Shown: positions 26,051 through 38,600 of the stretch, piece after piece
Numbering within the stretch: the stretch's first letter is position 1
How the letters are laid out: each line of letters starts with the position of its first letter
Assembly: GCA_051294905.1 (NCBI GenBank)
Contig: CM119371.1
Coordinates: forward strand, 39,868,001-39,932,000
DNA length: 64,000 nt
Direction of reading: 5' to 3'
Source: Botryllus schlosseri
Lineage: Eukaryota
Position numbers and translations under genes: made by a program
The notes under the pieces: generated by a model
Told to the model about the DNA's origin: nothing
What the model saw: only the letters and a program-made list of their open reading frames with translations
Database searches by the model: none

Positions 26051-26292
26051 CATGCATCCACTGGCGTAGCAGCATGTGCTGCCGCCCCTGGCTCTCGCTC
26101 AAAATGCCGCCCCCCTAAGTAGACCGCAGCTAATATCAATATAGATTCATGGCAAGAAATAGCGAACGAATGCATTATGCAAATAGAAAATCAATAGCCG
26201 TCTCAAAACTTAACTTTTCGGGCTTTGCCGATGCAAAATCAGCGATAATATCCTCAAATTCAAGATTTTGAACGTAGACTCTTTCTATAGAC

Positions 26293-27205
26293 TAGTGGTT
26301 CTCAACCGGGGGTCCGCGGACCCCTGGTGGTCCACGAAGCATTTTCAGGGGGTCTGCGAAGCCTCTGGTCATTGTAGGCTAAAGTCATTGGTAACCTAAT
26401 TTACATTTTTTTAATTAGGAAAAGCATGGGACAGTTTTCGCTTCGCTTCATAATTACTAAAACTTTAGGACTCACGTTATTAAAATGGCCGTCTGAGATG
26501 AAATATCCGACGGTGCAAACTCATTTTATTGTCAACTTACCAATAGCATGCTGATGCAAACATATATTACTGTTTATAAATGTTTTGTTAAGGTTTCTGA
26601 AAAATTGAATGTTGGAGATAGCAATTTGGATTTGCAGTTGTCAGTCGCAGCAAATTTGTAAACATTCGTTAGAAATAGAAGTTCCTGAACTTTTTTCCTG
26701 GTATGTCCCAATGAAGGAATTGAAACCGCGCCGCCACGAAATCCATTTTCTTCTGTGATATAACCACTAAATACCTTCAAGATGAGATGCTAGATAGATA
26801 TAAACATGATGACATGATATGTTCATTACAAACACACACCAAAAGCTATCGTCGGAAGCGTTACGCGTTATTATTACATTCGCCACCAATATATCTTTGT
26901 GGAAATGGACTTTCGGCACTCGTTCATATGCAATCAAAGACGAGAATTTTCAAGACAATAAATACAGGTGGAAAATTCGTTTCGAAATATTAAAAGTCTA
27001 CCCAATTTCGACATATAGTGTGGTGTTATTTGGAATAAAATTCATTTTCTGACTGTTTATTACTAACCTAAAATCAATGTTTGCACGAGACAGTTGACGG
27101 TTGCACGATAATTGAGATAATTTTGAACGAAAACTTGCGGGGGTCCACGGGGGTATGTGGCGGTCCAAAAGTGGTCCGCGAAGACAAAAAGGTTGAGAAC
27201 CACTG
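26293..27205. mobile_element. hAT Charlie-like MITE
   Basis: TIR (T/C)AGTGGTTCTCAACC with GGGGTCCGCG subterminal motifs. TSD only partly conserved (CTATAGAC/CTATCAAT). Confidence 0.78.
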
Positions 27206-27591
27206 CTATCAATAGAGCTGATAGCCGATCATCATTCATGGTAGAACGTAAATAAGACTTAAGGCCGTAAGGTACTGCTGAACTAACAAAATTTTCAAAA
27301 ATTTTTTTATTGCAGAATCCTAAAGTATGAAACTAGTTCTTTTTAAAAATGTATTGCTCTTGTCTGATTTCGAATTAGAAGTATGTTAAAATACGATTTG
27401 AAATCACCCATTTTCGTAGAAATCCACCCCCCATACAAGTTCATATATTTAAACTCACTCAAAATTGTCTATAATCCCTCTGCCGTGCTGATATTATACA
27501 ATAAATAGAAGAGCCATATCTGTAATCGATGAAGCGTGACTTTCAAAACATTCAGCAGGCCAGCAGCCAGACTTGGACAACTAGAAAATTC

Positions 27592-28421
27592 GGTACTTCT
27601 TCGGTATTCTCCACTCAGCGACCAGTGTTCCCCAATGACACCAACAAATGTTTCCCATGAACACGAACAAAAATTTATAAACGTCAAAATAAATTGTTTT
27701 TTTGTGTCTTTGTACTACTGGGTTGCGGGAAAGGAAGATTGGAGGTGGGCTAGGGTATCCCAAGATTAGGGGTGTAATGAGGGTATATTAGGGTTGGGGA
27801 AGGGGGGATTGGAGGTGGGTTAGGGGAGGGGGATATTAGGGTTAGATGAGGTGGGATATTAGGGTTAGGGGAGGTGGAATATTAGGGTTAGGGGAGGTGG
27901 GATATTAGGGTTAGGGGAGGTGGGATATTGGGTTGGAGAGAGGGGTGATATTAGGGTTGGAGAAGAGGGTTAGGGACATGATATCCAACCCTAACATCCC
28001 CCTCTTCCCCAACCCTAATATCACCCCCTCTCCCTAACCCTAATATTACGGCTCTCCTAACCCATCCCGCCTCCCCTAACATCCCCCTCTCCCCCAATCC
28101 TAATATCTCCCCTCAACCCTAATATCCCACCTCCCCTAACCGTCCTAACCCTAACATCCCCCTCTCCCTCAACCCTAATATCTCCCCTCCCACAACCCTA
28201 ATATCCCCGTTCCCCTAACCCCAACTTTGACCCTAACCCGCATCCAATCCCCCTTTCCCCAACCCTAATACCCCCATCCCCACCCAAATATCCGTCTTTA
28301 CAAAGACACAAAAAAACAATTTATTTTGACGTTTATAAATTTTTGTTCGTGTTCATGGGAAACATTTGTTGGTGTCATGGGGGAACACTGGTCGCTGAGT
28401 GGAGAATACCGAAGAAGTGCC
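27592..28421. mobile_element. Fold-back element (Merlin-like) with TTAGGG-like G-rich and C-rich internal arrays
   Basis: ~125-bp near-perfect TIR starting GG(T/C)ACTTCTTCGG and perfect 8-bp TSD GAAAATTC. The superfamily is inferred from the GG termini and TSD length only. Confidence 0.8.
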
Positions 28422-28823
28422 GAAAATTCTAGTTGTCTAATTTCACTAAATTAGAGCGAAATGCCAGTAATCTAATTCTAATCTAATTTGTGAAATGATT
28501 CCATGCTCTAATTCTAATTCTAATCTAATTTGTGAAATGTTCGTATGCTCTAATTCTAATTCTAATCTAATTTGTGAAATGTCCGTATTCTCTAATTCTA
28601 GTTCCAATCTAATTATTGTTTTCCTGAAAATGCCTCTTTGTCCGAGGCATATTGCACTATTGCAGTGAGTTAAAAAGAATATCCCGCTTGCGCAGGGAAA
28701 TCCAGTGCCAAGCCGCCATCGCATTACTTACACCGTGCAGTCATAGTAGATATTATGACGAATATAGCCTGCTAGAGTAGCTTGTAGTCTGCGAACAGCA
28801 TTCTAGTTTCTAAAACTTTACGT

Positions 28824-31800
28824 TGTGGAGCTCTGGCCCCTTCTCTCTCCTATATCTGTTATGGTATAATACTACATCACGTGACTTATCGCATAGTTAT
28901 AACCCAGTGCATATCAAAGTTGACTCAGTGAGACTCATGTACGCTAACCTACTGCTTGTACCCGAATTGATATACCGTCCGTACAATATATCTGGAAAAG
29001 GCAATTGTTTGTGTCTATTGAACTACAGTCAAGAACTACACAGGACGTTCGTGTCAACTACTGCCAGTTAAGTATATACTATAAGCTGCTATCCGTAGAC
29101 CACGGACTTCCCGTATACAATCGCAGAACGGTGATGTTCCGCGAAATGCACAGCCTATACCCGTGATCCCATCCGTAACCTACTAATTTGATTGTTTGAC
29201 TCGCTTTTACTTATTTTAAAGACGCAACTTTTGATCGAATATCGTCCACTTTAGGCTTCGTTAATTTGAATAGGTTGTTCGAAAATTTCAATATTACGTC
29301 ACAGTTCGCACGCTACATTACAATAATCTACGGCATTTTACTTGATAATTGTTTTTGACTATGGTACTAAACGAGTATTCCTAATTCATTCGGTAATTGA
29401 AACGAGCTTCATAATAGCTCTGACTGATTCGTTTGTTAATCACACCGTTGCGTTCTGCTCACTAAAGGATACAATACTTCTCGGTAACGGTAACTCGGAA
29501 TTGACGATGTAATTTATTATTTCTTCGCTTGTATATAAATTCATTTTTGAGATCGCAACGCTACCCTATTGAATAATTGCCTCTGACTTCCTTTGTTGTT
29601 TTAAACGTTCGCGAGCGTACGATTAGAGATGAATACAATCAGATAACGATCTCAGCTCTTTCAGACGCCCATAATTCGATTTGCTATCTAACGTAACTTC
29701 AGATTGTATGAATGACCGTATCGCGGCGTGCTATTCTAATTTGATATACATTTAACACATGACGCGTAATTTTCTGGATCGTTTAACCCGACGATTCGCC
29801 TACTCTAATGCGCTGAATAAGGTACGTAAATACAAAATTTTGGACGACTGTCCCGCACAAAAACTTTGACTTCCAGACGACGCTTGACGGCGCCTCGGAA
29901 CTTGCAAGATTATGACCTATCATCCATTTTCGCAGAAAACTAGCTTCTTTTTCATTTCAGTTTTGCTTCATTGACGTCGCGAAAATCGTCTTGATTACCC
30001 CGCGTAGTCTCGGTTTCTTTCGTTTTTTTTTGTTAACTCATTATTCATTATTTACCTCCCTACTTACTTCATTAATTTTTCATTGTACATCTGGTACCCG
30101 AGATCCGTGAAACATTTTGTATAGTCACGACAGTCTCCAATTTTTCCTGCCCATTTTCGAGCTACTTGGGGAACTCGGTAATTAGGTGTACGGTTGGAGT
30201 ACTGGGTCTGTATAGGTCTTCGCCTTCCGCTCCCGCGGGTCGTATGTAATACTGTGAGAATGGGGGAATTACGTATCCAAGTAATTCTTCTTGTATTGGC
30301 TTTGACATCTCGCCAAACCGTTTTTAGATATGGGGACTGTTGGTACGCAATTCTGCAATTCTATGGACGCATGGAATTTATGTTTTGCAACCCTCCAGTT
30401 TAAAACTCATTCTATTTACTTTCTGTCTATTGCATAACGAAGCTGAAGTAGAATTCCGCTTACCGTCTCGCCCGTACGCTTGTCTTATCGAAATGATCCA
30501 TGACCGGACACTATTTAGTGTGTATAATATATAATACGGTTTTTGGATAATGTTATTATCCAGTGTTGGAGAAATTTGATCTAACACTTACTGCTATACG
30601 ATGTATCTTACCGGTCGATACGTCATTATTATTTTAGACTTCGAAGCACATTGAGTAGCCGGGCACACGTTGACACTTTCGATATGTTAAGTGTGCGTGT
30701 TGTGATGATTAATTGCTTGTTATTCCTTTTCTTTCGATCCGTCTTGATTAAATCACGTAAACATTACTGATCCGGATGATTTGATGTCGATACCAGATTT
30801 AGCTTGCCAGCAAAATGCACGTGTTCCGATGTACTTTGCTGACTAGTTTGATTTCTACCTTTTTTCATTATTTTTACGTGTGGTAACCTACGTCACATAG
30901 ATGACGTCACCGCCACCACTTGAATTGATTGCAGCATATAGATGCACTAGTTTACTACCGAAAGAAATTAGCCATCCATCATCTGTTTCGCTGCCTGCCA
31001 CACGATGCCTAATTGTTGCCTTATTATTGTTTCCATGCTTTTGTTATTATGTTCTTATTGTTACTCGTGTTTACGGCGCGAGCATGTATTGGTTTCATTG
31101 ATACTGCTGCCGACTTATCTTCCAGAAATCGTATTCACGCCCCGTGACCGCACCAAATTGCCGAATGCCATCTGCTCATGATCACGAGAGATATTACTCG
31201 TTACCTGCCCGCGATGCCCTAAGACGCGCTGTGTCGCTTATCCCAAGAACGACCTACCTGGCGGAATGACTCGCGTTCACGATGACAACGTCCGGTTCTA
31301 AGGATGCTGTTTCAACCGGATTCTTACCGCACCAGCATTTCCGCTTCGCGCGCATCGAAATTCTACAATCCCGGTTGGTCATAACGCGATTATATATGGC
31401 CATTACATTGGCAGGGTTATCGATACATGAAATGAGCATAAACTTTTGTAAATATCTCGGCAATTTGGCGGTGTTTTTTTTTCGCACGGCTTTGTAAATA
31501 ACTTTCGTTCTTCGACATAACATGACGATCGGACTTTCCCATCCGCGCCATTAGCGGCACATGTGATCGTCACATCCCCTAATGGTTGCCGGATGGCTGG
31601 ACATTGATTTATCCCTCAGAGGACCAATTTTAATGTGTTTTATTATTCCCCTTTTTATGCTTGCATGTATTTTGCTTGGCGGCCATAACCACCGCTCTTT
31701 TGTCGGCAACCCCGCGTCATTAATTGGATTTGGTTTCGTTTTTTTTTAGTTATGACTAGACTCTGACACGGCTTTGTTCACGCCGCGTTCTCAAGCCACG

Positions 31801-32646
31801 ATTTTACTGTTAACGAGTTCTCACAACTCTGGCATAAAATTCGCATAATATGACTTCACCATGTATCATTCCACTCTCAGATCTCCGAAAATTATTCCCC
31901 GGTAATCGTCGATTAACGACTTGGGTAATTCGGCTTTTCTAACTTCAAATCGTCCCAGACTCGCCGATACGGGATTTCCGATGACTCCTTAAAACCGTCT
32001 TTCAAATATGCCACGCCGTACACATTAACATTACGCACGCATGGCGCGGTGGTTATGACGCTACTCGCCCTTTACTTTATTGTTCTTTATTTCTTATAAT
32101 AATACAAAAAAACCTTTTGCCTTTTCCAACCCATGCCGCTATCTAATAATTTCTTGGACACGGGATTCGACCTCTCATGGTGACCACGTGCTACCTTCAA
32201 TCCGCACATTGTACAGTTTCTGTTTTGTAGTTATTGCATTTCACATTCGTGCCTCTGTCCTATTCAGTTACCTGTATGATTGTAATATCGTTATCACTCC
32301 GTCTTTGATGGGACAGTGTGGAGCTCTGGCCCCTTCTCTCTCCTATATCTGTTATGGTATAATACTACATCACGTGACTTATCGCATAGTTATAACCCAG
32401 TGCATATCAAAGTTGACTCAGTGAGACTCATGTACGCTAACCTACTGCTTGTACCCGAATTGATATACCGTCCGTACAATATATCTGGAAAAGGCAATTG
32501 TTTGTGTCTATTGAACTACAGTCAAGAACTACACAGGACGTTCGTGTCAACTACTGCCAGTTAAGTATATACTATAAGCTGCTATCCGTAGACCACGGAC
32601 TTCCCGTATACAATCGCAGACTGACAGACCGCTCTTCATCCCCGCA
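28824..32646 (+). mobile_element. Non-autonomous Gypsy-like LTR retrotransposon
   Basis: Direct repeats 28824-29127 and 32317-32620 appear identical. The 3' LTR runs TG...CA to 32646. 4-bp TSD ACGT. Purine-rich GATGGGACAG precedes the 3' LTR. No long internal ORF. Confidence 0.85.
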
Positions 32647-35600
32647 ACGTTAGTACATTGCCATTCTGACTAACATGGGCGATGCCCATGGTTACCATAA
32701 AAGAAGTAATATTTTATCAAAGTATAGTAAAAATCGAGCCAAGCTTGGTGTACAGAAGTTAACTATTCTCATGTTTATGGGAATGCACTATTGTTGTTGT
32801 TTATTAAACAAAAATATGCGGCGCTTATCGCCTCACGGCCTTTTGCACCGCGCACTGTGATTTGATGTGAACTGCATTTTGCTGTATTCATTTCCCATAT
32901 ACAATTTCATTCCATTTCCAAGTTTTTGCGAACTAAGTATAACTCTAATTCTAATTCTAATCTAATCTGGAAAAGGCTTAGTAGCTCTAATTCTAATTCT
33001 AATCTAATTTGAAAAAGCTGTGTAGCTCTAATTCTAATTCTAATTTAATTTGGAAAAAACTGTGCAGCTCTAATTCTAATTCTAATCTAGTTTGAAAAAA
33101 CTGTGAAGCTCTAATTCTAATCTAATTCAGAAAAGCAGAAAATTTTCTAGTTGTCTAAGTCTGCCAGCAGCCGTTCGCTCACCTGGGAATAGCTGAAAGC
33201 TGTCAATATTATGAATGTTGTTTATCATATTGTGTATTTTTCAAGATTTCCTTGGTATATTTTGATATCTAATGGTTTAATTGACCAGTGGGACAAAGAC
33301 ATACACTACGAATGCATTTGGAAATAGTAAAAGATAAAACCATGGTAGAAAGGTATACCAATGGTTCCTGAACAGCTGAACTGAACAATCTTTTGAGAAA
33401 GATTGGAGCTTTCACCGCATTCAACATCTGATAATGGTGGTTTGGATTCGGGGGAATCATTTTCCTCACAATTTCTACATTTTTGATGCAGTCGTTCCGA
33501 AGATTGTGAATTATCTGACTGTGACTCATCTGGCAAAGGATATTGGAACTGCATACAGGCTACTGCATAAGGGTTATGCAACTCAAATTCGTATTGGAGT
33601 GACATGATGAAATTGATGCTAAAATTTGTATGTTTGAAAGGTCTCGGGGGGAAATATGGATGTAGTATCTTCACCCATACCACCTGAAATGGGTATTTTG
33701 ACAATGTCGCAGCATTCTTGATATGTTGTTTCATCTTTACAACATCTAACTGATGTCCAATTCAAGGTTTGCAAATTTTTCGAATATGGTATAGCAGTTT
33801 TGAGTAAAAAATCATCAAATCACTCATACTTTATATGACTGATTTTGCATTTAGGCACATTCAATTGTCTTCAAATTTGGCTATGTACTGAATACAGCAT
33901 GCCTGCACCATTTAAAAGCAACAGATTTCAAATACCTGCTCTGCTTTTTCACCAAAATATTTTTCAATTTTCAAAGTGGATTTTCTCCCAGTTCTAGTTT
34001 TTGGTAATATGGTGTCATGGGGACAGGAAATTTTAATATCAGAATACCTTCAATCCTGATCAAACTTGGCTCAGTACAAGCAGTAGGACTGTTCTACCTG
34101 CTAAGACTATTGCTTTTGCTATAGGAGGTATAGTGTACTTACTATCGTACTTATTATCTGAATTTTATGAAAAAATATTGAAAATTCGGCACCGTACTAG
34201 TACCAAACAAATATTTCGTGAAATTTTTTTTAAAAATTGGAAGTTTCACGCATTTCAGCAGTTACTTAGAGGCCTCAGGACACTTTATAAAGCATTGCTT
34301 AGAATCTCTTAGCACCCATGGATGAGACAGGCGTTTCCTCGTGCCAACCGTCCGATTCACCAATCTCCCCCCCAATTTGGGCCCAAGGAATCAATGTGAA
34401 ATGCTGAAATTTATACAGCATATGAAGTTGAGTATGAATAGCTTACACACCAATTTTTGGGAATCCAGCATTTACTGTTTATAAAATATCGCAATTTGAA
34501 AATTCTTGTGAGTCTAGCAGTACCTTACGGCCTTAATCAGTTTGAGTTTTGAAAAGCTCGCACAGCTCTCAATTGAAACACCAATGGTCAGATGAAGTTC
34601 CAGACACGAGTATAAATATGGTGTCGAATGAAGTAGCTTTGCATTAACTAACCAACCAACCATAGCTAGGAACACGCGGCCTTGGCGGCTATTTCGGAAT
34701 GGTTCCATTGTCATGTTAACATATTAATTCGTGTTTTCGGAATTAGCGTGACACTAGCTTTCGTTGAAGGCCAGTTTGATTCAATTTTAGCTCACGGGAC
34801 GCCAGCTATAGGACTACCAATTACGCTGCTTTAGCCGGCTGTGTACACTGCGTTAGCCTCATTTTGCCGCCCCCTTGGAGCCTGCCGCCCCTGGCGCAGA
34901 GCCAGAACCTCCAAGTGGCTGCTACGCCACTGCATGCATCTTGAATGATATCATCGCCAAGGCATCATTTTAATAATATCCATGCATTTAATATAAATAT
35001 ATGACTCCAGAAAGTTACTTGTATATGTTTGTATGCATATTCTTATTTAATTGCTGACGCAGAGTCCAAGTCCACACTGGGAATACTTTCTCACAAAATG
35101 TAGTTATCACATTGTTGAACGTCATCAGGATATATTTCGTTATGATCATGAACTGCTGGAAGACTCATAGTAGCTAAAGATTGTGCCGTAGCACAAGCGC
35201 CGCTGTATAGTGCTGATTGAAAGAGTATCGTGCAACTACTGTGGTAGCATGAAAGTCAGTCATGCAACAAAGTGCGCAAAGAGGGATTTGACTTGTTGAC
35301 TGCCACAACAACAACTTTGATGATTCTTGAGATTGTAGGCCTATGCCCTATTGTGACATTCGTCAGCGATGGCTTTAAAAACTACATGTCAAGGTGGGGA
35401 GCAAGTGCATTTCTACGACTGATATTGAAACAATACCTTCAATTTTGTGAATTTCAGACACAGCTACGCGAGAATACCATACTGAGGAGAGCTCACGTCT
35501 AATCATAATATCTTTTATCAGTTCTCATATCATATATCGTTAGACTGGCAAGTAATGGCATACTTGATGTGTTTTAGCAAATAAATGTGATAACATGGCT

Positions 35601-38600
35601 GACCTTTAAGTATTGTGTACTCTTGAATGGTAGTGGGATAGTTGATTTATATTTTCTTGGACTCTTGACAAGCATTCTAGACTGCTACCAGTCATAATTC
35701 AAGGTGTCAGCTGTCTGTATTTGATTATGAATTTGTAGACTTCGTTCTATTGGCCTGTAATCAAATCTTACATCTGGTTACATCTACTACCCGGAAGTAC
35801 CCGCATCAAAAGTTAGTTATCTGAGAATATCCCAAAAAATCTGCCGTAATATCCGACTGCCCAAAATTGTCTAATATTCCTCTTCCCCAACCTTATTCTT
35901 ATGGGCCGTCTTCCTCAACCCTAATCTTGGGAAACACTTACCCCAACCGTAACCCTAACCCAGCTTCAAACCCTTATATTCGTCATTTATTGGTGCCATA
36001 GAGGAACGACTGTTATGATACAGCAGATATCTGAGTGATACAGATGATGCTTGAGTGATACCTGACTATTTCGAATCCAAGACATAGTCTGCTTATTATG
36101 CAGAGATACCTGGGTGATACAGCGGATACCCGAGAATATCCACAGGGCCTATTTTCTGTAGCGCCATCATTGCCATCTGTTTAGGTATTTTGTTCGGATG
36201 AAATGATGAAGACTCTTTCTCTCTCTAATAACATACACCAATTGAGTCTCCTCACATCCCAATAAAGCGACGGAAATGTCAAGCTCAAATGACTAATTAT
36301 TGTTTATTTCACACCAATTCTACACATTACATAACATGAAAATGCACTACATGAAGAAAATACAGTCGCCGATAATCCAGCCCCTTCACGCCAAGCCTAA
36401 GGTGAAAGTACTTGGAAGTCATTCATCAAATTCTGGGTTGTGGGTATTATCAGTGTTGTCTCGCATAGGGTTACAATACGTGTCCTCAGGGAGGGCGCCT
36501 GAATATCTGGTTAAATATATGTTAAAAATGTACTGAAATATAACGGATATGTTAAAAATGTACTGAAATATAACGGATAAAGTGGGTGAATCAGGAGTCG
36601 AATCGACCTGATGACCTTTTTTTAGACGACCAACTTCAAACTAGAAATAAATTTACCAATTTTTTCGGCTATTTCTCCCGTATTGTAAGTACCGTACATA
36701 AATTTTTACGAAAGTGTCCTCCTTTCAGATTCCCAAAATATGGTAACCATATTTCGAATCAATCACAAGATGTGAAATGATTGTCAACAACAACAACAAG
36801 TTATAGAATGTCAATCAGTGAATCATAATAATTCTGTTATAAGTGAATAATGAATCATATTTTAATAGTATATTCCTATTGAGATGAACCCGAATACTTT
36901 CGGCTGACACTCGTCCAGGGTGATCGTCAGCAACTAGTACAGAATTGGAAAGAATAAACATACTATTCAATTGTATCTTGAAATCCTGTACCTCCAGGAA
37001 GCACTTTGAATCACATTTATACGGTTTTCAGAAAATCCGATTAATATACATTTAGAAAACGCCTGATTATCGATCAACTTGAGAATGTTAGTTCAACCGG
37101 GTCACTAAGGGGGCTAAGCCAATGATATTTTGGTGCAGGCATTTAGAATGACCAAGGTAGCAGAAAACGGGAACGTCGATATGGAAGCAGGAAAAATCAT
37201 TAGCTTGACGTACAGCGACCGTCATTATACAACAGAATACTATCCAGGTTTCTGATGAAAATTCGCCATGAAATATGTTGGCAATGGGAATTATAAACTC
37301 GGTTAATATAATATTCAATTTTTGTCCTGACGTCAACTGCACTAAACACATGGAAAGTGATCACTAGATGATGACGGAATATATATAAGATACTACGTAC
37401 TTGATATTACATTGGGATTCATACACTACTAGAGACGTCTATGTTCAACAGCAGTTTTTTTTTGTTCATTTTTTTTTTAGTTATTCATTTTTTATTAATT
37501 TTTTTTATCATAATCGACCATTAAAAATATCAACACACTATACACGATACATGTGGGATTAGTAACATTTTTTTTATTCATTTTCCGTGTTTTGTATTTT
37601 TTTTGTACATCATATTCAATTATTTAAAACCATAACACCTGATCACTAACACATATCGAGATTTTAGTCTTTATATACACATGACTACCTACTACAATCA
37701 TCGTGAAAGTTTGCATGAAATGTATATCGGCCTAGAAAAAGTAACATCACGAATATTCATGATAACGAGTGTGACAGTAGTATTGATTAGAGTTGGACAA
37801 CGATTGCTGATTTGACAAATAAATTCCAGCATAATTATTCTTTGACATTCTCTGACCTGGTGATTTAGAAAGAGGACATTGGTTGCTACAACGAAATATA
37901 CAGTATGACAATAATTCATCATAGAAGACAGAAGATATTTATTTTGAAATGAAGCTATTCCATTGTAACCTGCGTATCAATCATGATAAATGCACCAAAT
38001 CCTACATAATGATGGCTTCAAGTCTACTCTAGTAGAAGAACTTTTCTGTTCAAATCCATTATATCAGTAATTAACGCCTTAAAACATCCATACGATGAGA
38101 CAGCGAGAATGGGAACGATATTCGCGGATATGAATGTTGTTTTTGTCGTGCTGTGAATTTGTGCAACTTTTTCTGGTTACCTGACTGTAGAATGCACGAT
38201 ATAAATCGCATCATTACATTGTAAAGTGTCAATTGTATCGATCGAACGCGAAATCGGCAGCTTGAATTCTTAAATGCAACGCAGCGATTTCGCTCGTAAA
38301 TCTCAAATTTGTTGATGAAGAAATGTTGGAGCTAGTACATGATTAACGTTGTTCCGCCTCCCGCCTTTTTCTTGCTTCTCTGAAAAACAAGTACCTCTGA
38401 ATAAATCAATATCCGAGGTAATCAAACAAGTTTGCCTACTATTCGGATTATCAGATGGAGATGCACCGTTCGCTCGTTTAGGTCATTAAAGCGTGTAAAA
38501 TAGAATGAGACTTCTTGTAAACGACCTGGGCTCATTGTCGGACGCATTGTGGGGACTTAATCTACAGATGGACTGTGGATTTCTATTTTTGCGAGACGAT

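Larger units (their letters stand above)
27568..33163. mobile_element. CAGACTTGG-family hAT MITE hosting two younger insertions
   Basis: TIR CAGACTT(G/A)GACAACTAGAAAATT and perfect TSD CCAGCAGC. Internal CTAATT repeats. Confidence 0.88.
27263..34532. mobile_element. TTAA-targeting DNA element, Kolobok-like, non-autonomous
   Basis: Perfect 17-bp TIR GGCCGTAAGGTACTGCT with TTAA on both sides (27259-62 and 34533-36). GG termini fit Kolobok better than piggyBac (CC). Confidence 0.8.
26059..34932 (-). mobile_element. hAT (Tip100-like) non-autonomous element, outer shell of the nest
   Basis: TIR CA(C/G)TGGCGTAGCAGC and perfect TSD CATGCATC. Joining across the insertions restores a transposase C-terminus on the minus strand (...SFSKLKLIK|SYLRSTMNDDRLSAL|SIERVYVQNLEFEDIIADFASAK). 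Confidence 0.88.

Noticed and set aside
27720..28290. Head-to-head telomere fusion scar
   Set aside because: The repeats are degenerate ~23-mers enclosed by TIRs and a perfect TSD, so they are part of a transposon.
28446..28724. Repetitive RLELELE protein (also ORFs 44253-44450 and 48781-49077)
   Set aside because: These are translations of MITE or satellite repeats.
28823..32564. Two identical 82-aa ORFs as duplicated genes
   Set aside because: They coincide with the two LTRs.
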